From an uncultured Solirubrobacteraceae bacterium (GTDB lineage: Bacteria > Actinomycetota > Thermoleophilia > Solirubrobacterales > Solirubrobacteraceae), in the NCBI GenBank assembly GCA_963740765.1, contig CAVUFN010000008.1, positions 392,092 to 456,091 of the forward strand: DNA of 64,000 nucleotides, read 5' to 3'. Shown piece after piece: positions 55,864 through 64,000 of the stretch. A model generated the notes under the pieces. The model was not told the origin of the DNA and did no database searches. It was given only the letters and a program-made list of their open reading frames with translations. A program made the position numbers and the translations under genes. How positions within the stretch are numbered: the stretch's first letter is position 1; each line of letters starts with the position of its first letter.

Positions 55864-56352
55864 TTGGTACGGATCACGTTCCTGAAGGGCGACATCACGA
55901 CAGATGCGGACGCCGACGCGATCGTCAACGCCGCCAACGAGACGCTGCTGGGCGGGGGAGGGGTGGACGGCGCGATCCACCGCGCGGCCGGCCCGCGGCT
56001 GCTCGAGGAGTGCCGCACGCTGGGCGGCTGCGCGACCGGCGACGCGAAGGCCACCAAGGGCTACGACCTGCCGGTCGGTCACGTCATCCACACCGTCGGC
56101 CCGGTCTGGCGCGGCGGCCGCCACGGCGAGGAGGACCTGCTCGCCTCGGCCTACCGGCGCTCGATCGAGGTCGCCGTGGGGCTGGGCGTCCGGCGCCTCG
56201 CGTTCCCGTCGATCTCCACCGGCGTCTACGGCTTCCCGGTGGAGCGCGCGGCCCCGATCGCCATCGCCGCCGCGCGCGCGGCTCCGCTCGACGAGGTCCG
56301 CTTCTGGCTGTTCAGCGACGCGGTGTACGCGGCGTTCGCGGCGCTTCGCTGA
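55864..56352 (+). CDS. macro-domain protein (O-acetyl-ADP-ribose deacetylase, YmdB-like)
   Basis: [47 protein letters not shown] ... [15 protein letters not shown] start as in the track. Confidence 0.85.
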   Translation: MVRITFLKGDITTDADADAIVNAANETLLGGGGVDGAIHRAAGPRLLEECRTLGGCATGDAKATKGYDLPVGHVIHTVGPVWRGGRHGEEDLLASAYRRSIEVAVGLGVRRLAFPSISTGVYGFPVERAAPIAIAAARAAPLDEVRFWLFSDAVYAAFAALR

Positions 56353-56920
56353 GCCTGCCGATCACGTCGGAGAGCGTCGCCACGAGCAGCGGCTCGACCT
56401 CCGCGCGCGTGGCCTGCCCGGTCAGCCAGGCGCGGACCACCTCGGTCGAGAACGCGTGCATGCCCCGGAGTGCGAGGCGAGTGGCGGGCGTGTCCTCGAT
56501 CAGGTCGGCGTTGACCGCCAGGGCGCGCTCCACGCTCTGGCGGGTCGCTTCGGCCGCGAGCGCCTGGATGTCGGCGCCCGTCCGGCCCATCACCGTCAGC
56601 CAGGTCTCGCGATTGGCCGCGATGACATCCAGGGTTGCCGCGACGTTGCGCTGCCAGCGCTCGGGGACCGGCGTCCCCGGGCCGTGCTGGCGAACATTGC
56701 TGAGCGCGGCGGCGCCCTCCGCGGCGACGACCAGGAAGAGGTCGTGGATGCCGCCGAAGTAGTGATGGACGAGCGAGCGCGCGACACCGGCCGCGTCGGC
56801 GACGTCGGCGGTGGTGACCGTGCCGACCGAGTGCTCGGCGAAGAGGCGGCGGGCGGCGGCGACGATCTCCCCCCGGCGCGCCTCGGGATCGAGACGCCGG
56901 CGGGTGGCGACGGCAGGCAT
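56312..56920 (-). CDS. TetR-family transcriptional regulator
   Basis: HTH segment [25 protein letters not shown] 56920 ([16 protein letters not shown]) is preferred over the track's GTG 56944, which lies inside the AT-rich promoter region. Confidence 0.85.
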   Translation of the reverse strand: MPAVATRRRLDPEARRGEIVAAARRLFAEHSVGTVTTADVADAAGVARSLVHHYFGGIHDLFLVVAAEGAAALSNVRQHGPGTPVPERWQRNVAATLDVIAANRETWLTVMGRTGADIQALAAEATRQSVERALAVNADLIEDTPATRLALRGMHAFSTEVVRAWLTGQATRAEVEPLLVATLSDVIGRLSEAPRTPRTPRR

Positions 56921-56937
56921 GCCGACGATGGTACTTA

Positions 56938-56966
56938 TTGACACGCGTTACAACAAGCGCGATAGT
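56938..56966 (+). promoter_or_regulatory. sigma70-type promoter for the arylsulfotransferase operon, overlapped by an inverted repeat (candidate TetR operator); predicts a leaderless mRNA
   Basis: TTGACA (56938-56943), a 17-nt spacer, then GATAGT (56961-56966). The ATG at 56973 lies 7 nt after the -10 box. The inverted repeat TTGACACGCGTTACAA (56938-56953) pairs at 6 of 8 positions around a central ACGCGT. Confidence 0.5.
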
Positions 56967-56972
56967 GCCGTG

Positions 56973-58697
56973 ATGCGTTTCTCGCCCGCGGTCTTCGCCT
57001 GGTTGCTGCTGGCCGCGCCCGCGGGCGCTGCGGGACCGGTGCTGTCGCCCGCACCCGGGACACCCGACGCGAGCACCGGGACGCAGATCAGCATCTACGG
57101 CGTCAAGCCGCGCGCGATCGGCACCGTCGCCGTGACGGGCGCGCAGAGCGGGCCGCACGCCGGCGCGCTGAGGCCCTACTCGCGCCGCGACGGCGCGAGC
57201 TTCGTCCCCGACACGCCGTTCGCGGCGGGGGAGCGCGTGACGGTCACCGCCCGCGTGGCGGGCGCCCGCCGGCGCTGGAGCTTCACCGTCGCGACGCCCC
57301 CGGCGACCCTGCCGCCGATCCTGACGCTCGACCGGCGCCAGGACGACAAGCTCCAGCACTTCGTCTCCGCCCCGGACGTGCTGGCGCCGGAGATCACGGT
57401 CCGCAGGCACGGCGGGTCGGCCAGTTCGATCCTCCTGACCCCGCTGCCGTCGCCCGTCGTCCACCCGGGGAGCGCGACCACGATCACGATCGACCCCGTC
57501 GGGCCGGGCGGCCCGATGATCGCCGACCGTCGCGGCCGGCTCGTCTGGTTCCGGCCCCTGACACCGCCGGACGTGGCCGCCAACCTGCGCGTGCAGCGCT
57601 ACCGCAGCAAGCGCGTCCTGACGTGGTGGGAGGGCCCGGTGACGGCGGCTGCGTACGGCCTCGGCACCGCGGTCCTCGCGGACAGCGCTTACCGGACCGT
57701 GCGCCGCGTGCACGCCGGCAACGGCTACGCGATGGACCTGCACGAGTTCACGCTGACCAAGCGCGGCACGGCGCTGTTCCCGATCTACACGCCGGTGATG
57801 ACGACCGTCGGCGGCAAGGAGCAACCGGTCCTCGACTCGATCGTCCAGGAGGTCGACGTCGAGACGGGCCTGGTCGTGTGGGAGTGGCACGCGCTGGGGA
57901 ACGTCCCCCTCGAGGAGTCTTACGCCAGCCCGGAGAACAGCGCCTACTACGACGCCTTCCACATCAACTCGATCCAGGACCTGCCGTCGGGGCGGGTGCT
58001 CGTCTCCATGCGCAACGCGAGCGCGGTCTACAAGATCCGCCGCGCCGGCGGGCGCATCGACTGGACGCTGGGCGGGCGCGCGTCGGACTTCCGGCTCCGG
58101 CGGGACGCCGCCTTCTGGCTCCAGCACAACGCGCTCCTGCGCGGCCGCCGGCTGACGCTCTTCGACGACCAGGCCGGCCCGCCGCAGAAGCGCGCCCGCT
58201 CGCGCGGGCTCGTGCTGCGCCTCGACGAGCGCCGCATGCGGGCGACGCGCGTCCTGTCACTGGACCGCCCGGGGAAGACCTCGGCTCAGAGCGAGGGCAG
58301 CGTGCAACGCCTGCCGGGTGGCGGCTGGTTCGTCGGCTACGGCTCCGAGCCGTGGTTCACCGAGTTCTCCGCAGCGGGGCGGCTGCGGTTCGACGCGCGG
58401 CTGCCCGCCGACGACGGCAGCTATCGCATCGTGCGCCACCGCTGGAACGCCGCGCCGGGCACGAAGCCGGTCGTCACGGTCCGGGACGGCGTCGCCTACG
58501 TCAGCTGGAACGGGGCCACGGAGGTCGCGCGCTGGCGCGTGCTCGCCGGCCCGGCCGCGGGCCGCCTGAAGCTGGTGCGGACGGTCGCCCGGCGCGGCTT
58601 CGAGACCCGCATCGCGGTCCCGGGCGCCGCCGTTGTCGCGGTCGCCGCCCTCGACCGGCGCGGCCGCGTGCTGGCGACATCGGAGCCAGCCTCATGA
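56973..58697 (+). CDS. arylsulfotransferase (ASST/Arylsulfotran_2) family protein, secreted
   Basis: Signal peptide MRFSPAVFAWLLLAAPAGAAG. Beta-propeller-type motifs, including DAFHINSIQDLPSGRVLVSMRNASAVYKIRRAGGRIDWTLGG. Confidence 0.7.
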   Translation: MRFSPAVFAWLLLAAPAGAAGPVLSPAPGTPDASTGTQISIYGVKPRAIGTVAVTGAQSGPHAGALRPYSRRDGASFVPDTPFAAGERVTVTARVAGARRRWSFTVATPPATLPPILTLDRRQDDKLQHFVSAPDVLAPEITVRRHGGSASSILLTPLPSPVVHPGSATTITIDPVGPGGPMIADRRGRLVWFRPLTPPDVAANLRVQRYRSKRVLTWWEGPVTAAAYGLGTAVLADSAYRTVRRVHAGNGYAMDLHEFTLTKRGTALFPIYTPVMTTVGGKEQPVLDSIVQEVDVETGLVVWEWHALGNVPLEESYASPENSAYYDAFHINSIQDLPSGRVLVSMRNASAVYKIRRAGGRIDWTLGGRASDFRLRRDAAFWLQHNALLRGRRLTLFDDQAGPPQKRARSRGLVLRLDERRMRATRVLSLDRPGKTSAQSEGSVQRLPGGGWFVGYGSEPWFTEFSAAGRLRFDARLPADDGSYRIVRHRWNAAPGTKPVVTVRDGVAYVSWNGATEVARWRVLAGPAAGRLKLVRTVARRGFETRIAVPGAAVVAVAALDRRGRVLATSEPAS

Positions 58698-60292
58698 CGC
58701 CGCCCAACCTGATCCTGCTGGTGACCGATCAGCAGCGGGCGCCGATGCACTGGCCCGACGACCCGGCGTGGCTCGACGCCCTGATGCCCAACGACGCCGA
58801 GCTGCGGCGGACCGGCATGCGCTTCGACCGTGCCTTCATCGCGACAGCGATGTGCTCACCGAGCCGTGCCTCGCTGCTCACCGGCACCTATCCCGCGCGC
58901 CACGGCGTCAAGCTCACGCTCACCTACGGCGACCTGTTCCCCGACCGCAGGCACGCACCGGACGCGGCTCGCACGGCGCTGGCGATCGCGCGCTCGGGCG
59001 AGGTCCCGCGCGCTCGCGTCGCCAGGAGCTTCCTGCGCGGCGCTCTGCGGATCGGCGAGAAGGGCGGCAACGAGCCGGAGTTGCCGCCCGGCATCCCGAC
59101 GCTGGCCACGCGCCTGCGCGCGCTCGGCTACCACGTCGCCCTCAAGGGGAAGTGGCACCTCACCAAGCCGGTGACCGGGGAGTGGAGCCCGGCCGATGCC
59201 GAGCGCATCGAGCGCGATCACGGCTTCGCCGACTGGGACCCGAGCGACGCCGGCGGCGACGCCAAGGCGCGCTCGTTCGGCGGCGGCCTGGCCGGGCCGT
59301 GCGGCGCCGGCTGGGACGAGGAGTACACGCGCCAGATGGAGGCGTGGCTCGGCCGAGAGGACCTGCCTGAGCCGTTCTGCCTGGTCTGGAACCTGATCAA
59401 CCCGCACGACGTGCTCGGCTATCCGCACTCCTTCGCCACGGGCGGCTACGCGCTCGACGAGTTCGCCGACCTCGACATCCCGCTGCCGGCCACGATCGAC
59501 GAGGACCTGCGCACCAAGCCGACCGTCCAGGCGCTGATGAAGATCGGCCAGACCGCCTACCTGGGGGCCTTGCGCGGGCGCGAGCAGCAGCGGCGGTACG
59601 TGCGGTTCTACGCGCATCTGCACCGCGTCGTGGACGAGAAGATCGGGCGGCTGCTCGACCAGCTCGGCAGCGCCGGCGACCCGGCGTCGCTGCGGTCGCG
59701 GACCGTGGTCGTACGGACGTCGGACCACGGCGAGCTCGGCCTCTCGCACGGGGGCATGCGCCAGAAGATGTTCAACGCCTACGAGGAGGCCCTGCGCGTC
59801 CCGCTCGTGGTGTCCAGCCCGCGGCTGTTCGACGCGCCGCAGTCGACAGGGGCGCTCGTGTCGCTGGTCGACGTCGTCCCGACGCTGCTGGGGCTCGCGG
59901 GCACCGAGCGCCGGGACCCGGCGCTGGACGGGTACGACCTCGGGCCGATCTTGCGCGGGGAGCGCGACACGGTGCGCGACGCCGTCCTGTTCACCTTCGA
60001 CGACCATCAGGCCGGGACCGCCTTCCTGGAGGCGCCGGGCCAGCCCAACCGCATCCGCTGCGTGCGCGACGAGCGCTTCAAGTACGCGGTCTATCTCGAC
60101 CCGGCGGGCCGAGCGGGTCCCGAGTACGAGCTGTACGACCTCGCCGCCGATCCCGACGAGGCCGACAACCTCGTCGACAAGGCCACCGGCACGCCGCGGA
60201 CCGCGATCGCCCGCGCCGAGCTGCCGCGGCTGCGCGACCGGCTCGCCGACCTCTGCGCCCGGGTGGGCGTCACCGAGCCGGCCCTGCCCTGA
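58694..60292 (+). CDS. sulfatase (formylglycine-dependent)
   Basis: ATG 58694 (ATGA overlap) gives MTPPNLILLVTDQQR...CSPSRASLLTG (C-x-P-x-R FGly motif) ...SDHGE. This is the tail of fused track ORF 57623..60292. Confidence 0.88.
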   Translation: MTPPNLILLVTDQQRAPMHWPDDPAWLDALMPNDAELRRTGMRFDRAFIATAMCSPSRASLLTGTYPARHGVKLTLTYGDLFPDRRHAPDAARTALAIARSGEVPRARVARSFLRGALRIGEKGGNEPELPPGIPTLATRLRALGYHVALKGKWHLTKPVTGEWSPADAERIERDHGFADWDPSDAGGDAKARSFGGGLAGPCGAGWDEEYTRQMEAWLGREDLPEPFCLVWNLINPHDVLGYPHSFATGGYALDEFADLDIPLPATIDEDLRTKPTVQALMKIGQTAYLGALRGREQQRRYVRFYAHLHRVVDEKIGRLLDQLGSAGDPASLRSRTVVVRTSDHGELGLSHGGMRQKMFNAYEEALRVPLVVSSPRLFDAPQSTGALVSLVDVVPTLLGLAGTERRDPALDGYDLGPILRGERDTVRDAVLFTFDDHQAGTAFLEAPGQPNRIRCVRDERFKYAVYLDPAGRAGPEYELYDLAADPDEADNLVDKATGTPRTAIARAELPRLRDRLADLCARVGVTEPALP

Positions 60293-60301
60293 TCTTCCGC
60301 C

Positions 60302-61633
60302 CTAGATCCCCTGGCGGATGCGGAACCGGTCGTCCGGGTCGTAGCGGCGCTTGATCGCCCGCAGGCGCGGGAGGTTGTCGCCGTACCAGGCGTGCAGGTG
60401 GCCGCGCAGGGAGGGGTCGGGGTAGTTCTGGTAGGCCTCGCCGTTCCCGTGGGGCGCCAGACGGCGATGGGCTTCCGCCACCCTCGCCTTGGCCGGCCCG
60501 ATCGCGCCGTAGGAGAGGATCTGGACGCTGAAGCGCGCGTCGCGGTGGACGAACGCAGTGGCGCCGGCCGGGACGTCGGCGATGGCGCCGCCGTAGGCGT
60601 CGAGGATCAGCACCGTGGTTCGGGAGGCGTCGACGAAGGCGGCGCGCGCGGCGGCGTCGAGGCGCCGGCCCACGTACAGGGAGGCGGCGGCGAACGAGGT
60701 CCGCTCGCCCGGGGTCTCCCAGCGCCGCTGCACGGCCAGGAACTCATCCGATCCGGTGCTCATCTGCCCGCCTGGGATCCGGGTGAGCGGAGCGATCAGC
60801 CGCTGCAGCGACGCCTCGGAGCCGAACGACTGGCCGACCACCGTCACGCGGTCGGACTGCATGGTCATGAACACCGAGGCCTCGCGGGGCGCGCGCGGGG
60901 CGACGTCGTCCCAGGTGGCCAGGGCCTCGTCGGCGGACTCGCGCGGGAAGGACCCGAAGCACCAGGCCGCCCGCCGCGCCGCGAAGGTGCGCACGTGGAG
61001 GCGGGTCACGATCCCGAAGTTGCCACCGCCGCCCCGGAGCGCCCAGAACAGGTCGCCATCGCGGACGTTGCGGCGCAGCCGGCCGTCGGCGGTCACGACG
61101 TCGACCGCCTCGATGGTGTCCAGCGTCAGCCCGTGGCGGCGGCCGGCGAAGCCCATCCCGCCGCCGAGCGCGAGCCCGCCGACGCCGACCGTCGGACACG
61201 TCCCCGCCGCCCAGCCGCGTCCGTGGCGGGCGAGGGCGCTGTAGACGTCCCCGATCCGAGCGCCGGCGCCGATCCGGGCCACCGCGCCGGAGCGGATGCC
61301 GTTCAGGTGGCGCAGGTCGACCACGACGGCATCGTCGGAGGTCGAGGCGCCGTTGTAGGCGTGCCCGCCCGAGCGCGCGACGAGCGCGACGCCGCGGTCA
61401 CCGGCCCAGCGGACCACAGCCTGGACGTCGCGGGCGTCGAGCGGGCGCACGACGGCGGGCGGGCGGACGTGGTCCCAGCGCGTGTCGAAGACCAGGCGCG
61501 CCTTGTCGTAGCCGCGTCCCCCCGGCACGAACACCGGGCCGCGGACGGCGGCGCGCAGCCCGCGCGGTGCGGCGTCGGCGCGCGGCGCCAGGGCCAGCCC
61601 GGCCGCGCCGACGACGAACGTCCTCCTTCTCAC
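60302..61633 (-). CDS. FAD-linked oxidase, berberine-bridge-enzyme-like, with twin-arginine signal
   Basis: GTG 61633 gives VRRRTFVVGAAGLALAPRADAAP (Tat-like RRxFxx). FAD_binding_4 motifs RSGGHAYNG and VGVGGLALGGGMGF. C-terminal BBE-like YQNYPDP..YGDNLPRLRAIKRRYDPDDRF. Confidence 0.8.
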   Translation of the reverse strand: MRRRTFVVGAAGLALAPRADAAPRGLRAAVRGPVFVPGGRGYDKARLVFDTRWDHVRPPAVVRPLDARDVQAVVRWAGDRGVALVARSGGHAYNGASTSDDAVVVDLRHLNGIRSGAVARIGAGARIGDVYSALARHGRGWAAGTCPTVGVGGLALGGGMGFAGRRHGLTLDTIEAVDVVTADGRLRRNVRDGDLFWALRGGGGNFGIVTRLHVRTFAARRAAWCFGSFPRESADEALATWDDVAPRAPREASVFMTMQSDRVTVVGQSFGSEASLQRLIAPLTRIPGGQMSTGSDEFLAVQRRWETPGERTSFAAASLYVGRRLDAAARAAFVDASRTTVLILDAYGGAIADVPAGATAFVHRDARFSVQILSYGAIGPAKARVAEAHRRLAPHGNGEAYQNYPDPSLRGHLHAWYGDNLPRLRAIKRRYDPDDRFRIRQGI

Positions 61634-63162
61634 ACCACCAAGCCGTGGCGCATGGTGTTCTCCGTCACCACGCGCGGCTCGACGAACTGCAGCAGGTATC
61701 CCGGGCCGCCGGCCTTGGTGCCCGTCCCCGACAGCTTGTTGCCGCCGAAGGGCTGGCGGGCGACCATCGCGCCGGTGATCCCGCGGTTGACGTAGAGGTT
61801 GCCGACGGGCAGCCGGTCGGCGATGCGGTCGACGACGTCGGGATTGCGGCAGAACAGCCCGGCCGTCAGCGCGAACGGCAGCGCCTCGATCCGGTCGCAC
61901 GCGTCGTCGGTCGAGCGGACGGGCTCGATGGTCAGCAGCGGCGCGAACACCTCCGTGGTCAGCACCTCGGCGTCGGCGGGGAGGTCGGCGAGCAGCGTCG
62001 GCGGCGCGAAGAAGCCGCCGTCGGGCAGCTCGGTCACCTGCGCGGCGACTCGGCCGGCCTCCGCAGCGAAGCGCGCGTGGCGCTCCCGCGACTCCGCCTC
62101 GATGACGGCGGGGACCTCGGTGGACAGCGACGACGCCGGCCCGACCTCGAGCAGCTCGACCGCCCCGGCGAGGCGCTCGACGACCCGGTCGTGGATCGCC
62201 TCGTGGCAGAGCACCCGCGCCGCGGCCGAGCACTTCTGCCCGGCGTAGTCGAAGGCGGACGCCACCAGTGCCGGGACGACCTCGTCCGGGTCGGCATCCG
62301 AGTCGACGATCACGCAGTTCTTGCCGCCCATCTCGATGACGCAGCGCTTGAGGTGCTGCTGGCCGTCGCGGACCTCGGCGGCGGAGCGGACGATCTCCAA
62401 CCCGACCTGGTTGGAGCCGGTGAAGGCGATCGTGTGGACACGCGCGTCCTCGACCAGTTGCGCGCCGACGTCCCCGAGCCCGGTCAGGACCTGGAAGACG
62501 CCGTCCGGGAGCCCCGCCTCGCGCAGGGCGTCCGCGAGCACCATCGCGCAGCCGGGCGCCTGCTCGGCGGGCTTGAGCACGACCGTGTTGCCCGTCGCCA
62601 GGCCGGCCGCGCTCATCCCCAGCGGAATGGCGAGCGGGAAGTTCCACGGTGCGATGACGGCGACGACGCCGCGCGGCGCGTAGCGCAGCTCGTTGCGCTC
62701 GCCCGGGACCTGCAGCAGCGAGATCGAGCGGTCCAGCTCGACGGCGCCGCGGGCGTAGTACTCGAGGAAGTCGATCGCCTCGCAGACGTCGGCGTCGGCC
62801 TCGGGCCACGGCTTGCCGCATTCGCGCAGGGCCAGCGCGGCGAGGCGCAACCGGTCCCGGCGCAGGGAGGCGGCGGCCTTGACGAGGATGTCGGCCCGCT
62901 CGCGCGCCGGCGTCGCGGCCCAGCGTTTCGCTGCGCGGCGGGCGGTGTCGAGCGCCGCGTCGACCTCGTCGCGCGACGCGGCGCGCGCCGTCGCGACCAC
63001 GCGGTCGGTGTGGCAGGGGTCGACGGACACGACGTCCCCGCCGCCGTTGACCTGCAGCGGCAGCTCGGCGTCGAGCGACGTCAGCGCGTCGTGGAGCGAC
63101 GCGCGCACCGGCGCCCGCCGCAGCTCCAGGACGGGCTCGTTACGGAAGGGCGAGAAGCTCAT
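61630..63162 (-). CDS. pruA: L-glutamate gamma-semialdehyde (P5C) dehydrogenase, ALDH family
   Basis: MSFSPFRNEPVLELR start, WNFPLAI, FTGSNQVG, EMGGKNCVIV (catalytic Glu) and AGQKCSAAAR (catalytic Cys). 510 aa. Confidence 0.85.
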   Translation of the reverse strand: MSFSPFRNEPVLELRRAPVRASLHDALTSLDAELPLQVNGGGDVVSVDPCHTDRVVATARAASRDEVDAALDTARRAAKRWAATPARERADILVKAAASLRRDRLRLAALALRECGKPWPEADADVCEAIDFLEYYARGAVELDRSISLLQVPGERNELRYAPRGVVAVIAPWNFPLAIPLGMSAAGLATGNTVVLKPAEQAPGCAMVLADALREAGLPDGVFQVLTGLGDVGAQLVEDARVHTIAFTGSNQVGLEIVRSAAEVRDGQQHLKRCVIEMGGKNCVIVDSDADPDEVVPALVASAFDYAGQKCSAAARVLCHEAIHDRVVERLAGAVELLEVGPASSLSTEVPAVIEAESRERHARFAAEAGRVAAQVTELPDGGFFAPPTLLADLPADAEVLTTEVFAPLLTIEPVRSTDDACDRIEALPFALTAGLFCRNPDVVDRIADRLPVGNLYVNRGITGAMVARQPFGGNKLSGTGTKAGGPGYLLQFVEPRVVTENTMRHGLVV

Positions 63163-64000
63163 CGACGGAGGCTCCGGAGGACTGGGCCAGCAGGAAGGAG
63201 TCGTTGCTCGTGTTCTCGAGCAGGCGTCGGACCAGGTAGGCCATGCCGGCGACGAGGTCCCCGACCGGGCAGTACGCGCGCACCCGGAAGCCGCGGGCGG
63301 CGAGCGCGTCCTGCAGCGGGTCGCCGAGGCCGCGCAGGACCTGCAGCTCGAGGTCGGAGTCCGCGTGGCCGGCGCCGCGGTTGTAGGCGATCGCGTGGGC
63401 GACCGAGCGCAGGTTGTGGGAGGCGACGGCGAGGCGGATACCGGACCCGCGCGCGTCGATCAGCGTGCGGGTCAGGGCCTCGAAGTTGCGGTCGCTGTCG
63501 GCCTTCTCCTCGAACACCGGGACGGGCCAGCCGTGCTGGCGGGCCTCCACGAGCTCGTGGTCCCAGTACGCGCCCTTGACCAGCCGCACGGTCAACGGGT
63601 GCGCGCGCTTCACCCGGCCGGCCCAGTCGAGGATCAGCGCGGCGGTGTCGGGCGAGTCGCGCAGGTAGGCCTGCAGGACGACGCCGGCGCTGGGGCCGTC
63701 GGCGAACTCGTCCTCGGCGAGCAGGTCGAGGATCAGCTCGGTGACGGCGTCGCGCGAGTCGAGCGACTCCATGTCGATGTGCAGGTGGGCGCCGAGGTCG
63801 CGGGCCTGGCGCAGTAGCTCGCGCAGGCGGCCGGCGGCGTCGCGCTGCCCGCGCTCGGGCGCGTCGGCGCGCAGCAGCGGCGTCAGGGCGGACACCTTGA
63901 CGGACAGGTTGGCCCGGGGCAGGGGCCCGAGGCCGTCGGCCTCCAGCAGCGGCCGCGCGGACCAGCCCTCCGTCTCCCGGGTCAGGACGGTCAGCGCCTC
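63140..64000 (-). CDS. putA: proline dehydrogenase (5'-partial; gene continues beyond the window end)
   Basis: LHIDMESLDSRD, VVLQAYLRDS, VRLVKGAYWDHE, ASHNLRS and YLVRRLLENTSNDSFL are PRODH barrel motifs. The reading frame stays open to nt 64000. Confidence 0.85.
   Translation of the reverse strand, partial: EALTVLTRETEGWSARPLLEADGLGPLPRANLSVKVSALTPLLRADAPERGQRDAAGRLRELLRQARDLGAHLHIDMESLDSRDAVTELILDLLAEDEFADGPSAGVVLQAYLRDSPDTAALILDWAGRVKRAHPLTVRLVKGAYWDHELVEARQHGWPVPVFEEKADSDRNFEALTRTLIDARGSGIRLAVASHNLRSVAHAIAYNRGAGHADSDLELQVLRGLGDPLQDALAARGFRVRAYCPVGDLVAGMAYLVRRLLENTSNDSFLLAQSSGASVDELLALP

Noticed and set aside
55864-56352. Macro-domain protein as an immunity factor for the neighbouring RHS toxin (ADP-ribosylation reversal)
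   Set aside because: The RHS C-terminal tail has no ADP-ribosyltransferase features. The macro gene is divergent and upstream of the RHS start rather than downstream of the toxin tail, and it looks like a housekeeping YmdB-type enzyme.

Overview
This is a 64-kb, roughly 70-75% GC window with very dense gene packing. Many adjacent genes overlap at their stop and start codons (ATGA, GTGA, TGATG), and several convergent gene pairs overlap at their 3' ends. This style fits a high-GC Actinomycetota genome, possibly a Thermoleophilia/Conexibacter-like lineage, but that placement is only an inference. I found no rRNA, CRISPR array, transposase or integrase.

Layout by region:
- (1) 1-6.1 kb: a redox/PLP operon (ALDH tail, HIBADH-like, Fe-ADH, an untracked 54-aa Trp-rich ORF, an Orn/Lys/Arg-type decarboxylase, Zn-ADH), plus an antisense cupin and a glutaminase.
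- (2) 6.4-12.3 kb: a TauE/SafE exporter, a five-gene overlapping operon (DUF4956, VTC, PAP2, OmpR-type regulator, histidine kinase), a DUF1232 protein and a tRNA-Met(CAU).
- (3) 12.3-15.9 kb: a secreted alpha/beta-hydrolase peptidase, an F420-type LLM/PPOX pair and a DsbA-like protein.
- (4) 15.9-40.4 kb: a large cell-surface glycan locus. It holds Wzt and Wzm placed 20 kb apart at the two edges, a Wzx-like flippase, about 9 glycosyltransferases (one frameshifted), 2 GT-C-like membrane proteins, 3-4 methyltransferases, 2 SDR epimerases, a UPF0104 protein and a DUF2304 protein.
- (5) 40.4-45.1 kb: housekeeping genes (GntR, GluQRS, RfbC, RpiR, PdxS/PdxT).
- (6) 45.1-55.8 kb: the most unusual part. 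A teneurin-like secreted RHS/YD protein of about 2,100 aa ends in an unrecognised glycine-rich C-terminal cargo. Its N-terminal 2 kb carries about 19 frame changes. It is translationally coupled to a 1,449-aa secreted protein made of about 200-aa tandem modules.
- (7) 55.9-64 kb: a macro-domain protein, a TetR/arylsulfotransferase/sulfatase unit, and a Tat-signal BBE-like FAD oxidase coupled to P5C dehydrogenase and proline dehydrogenase.

All functional calls come from motif recognition in the translated ORFs. No database search was run.
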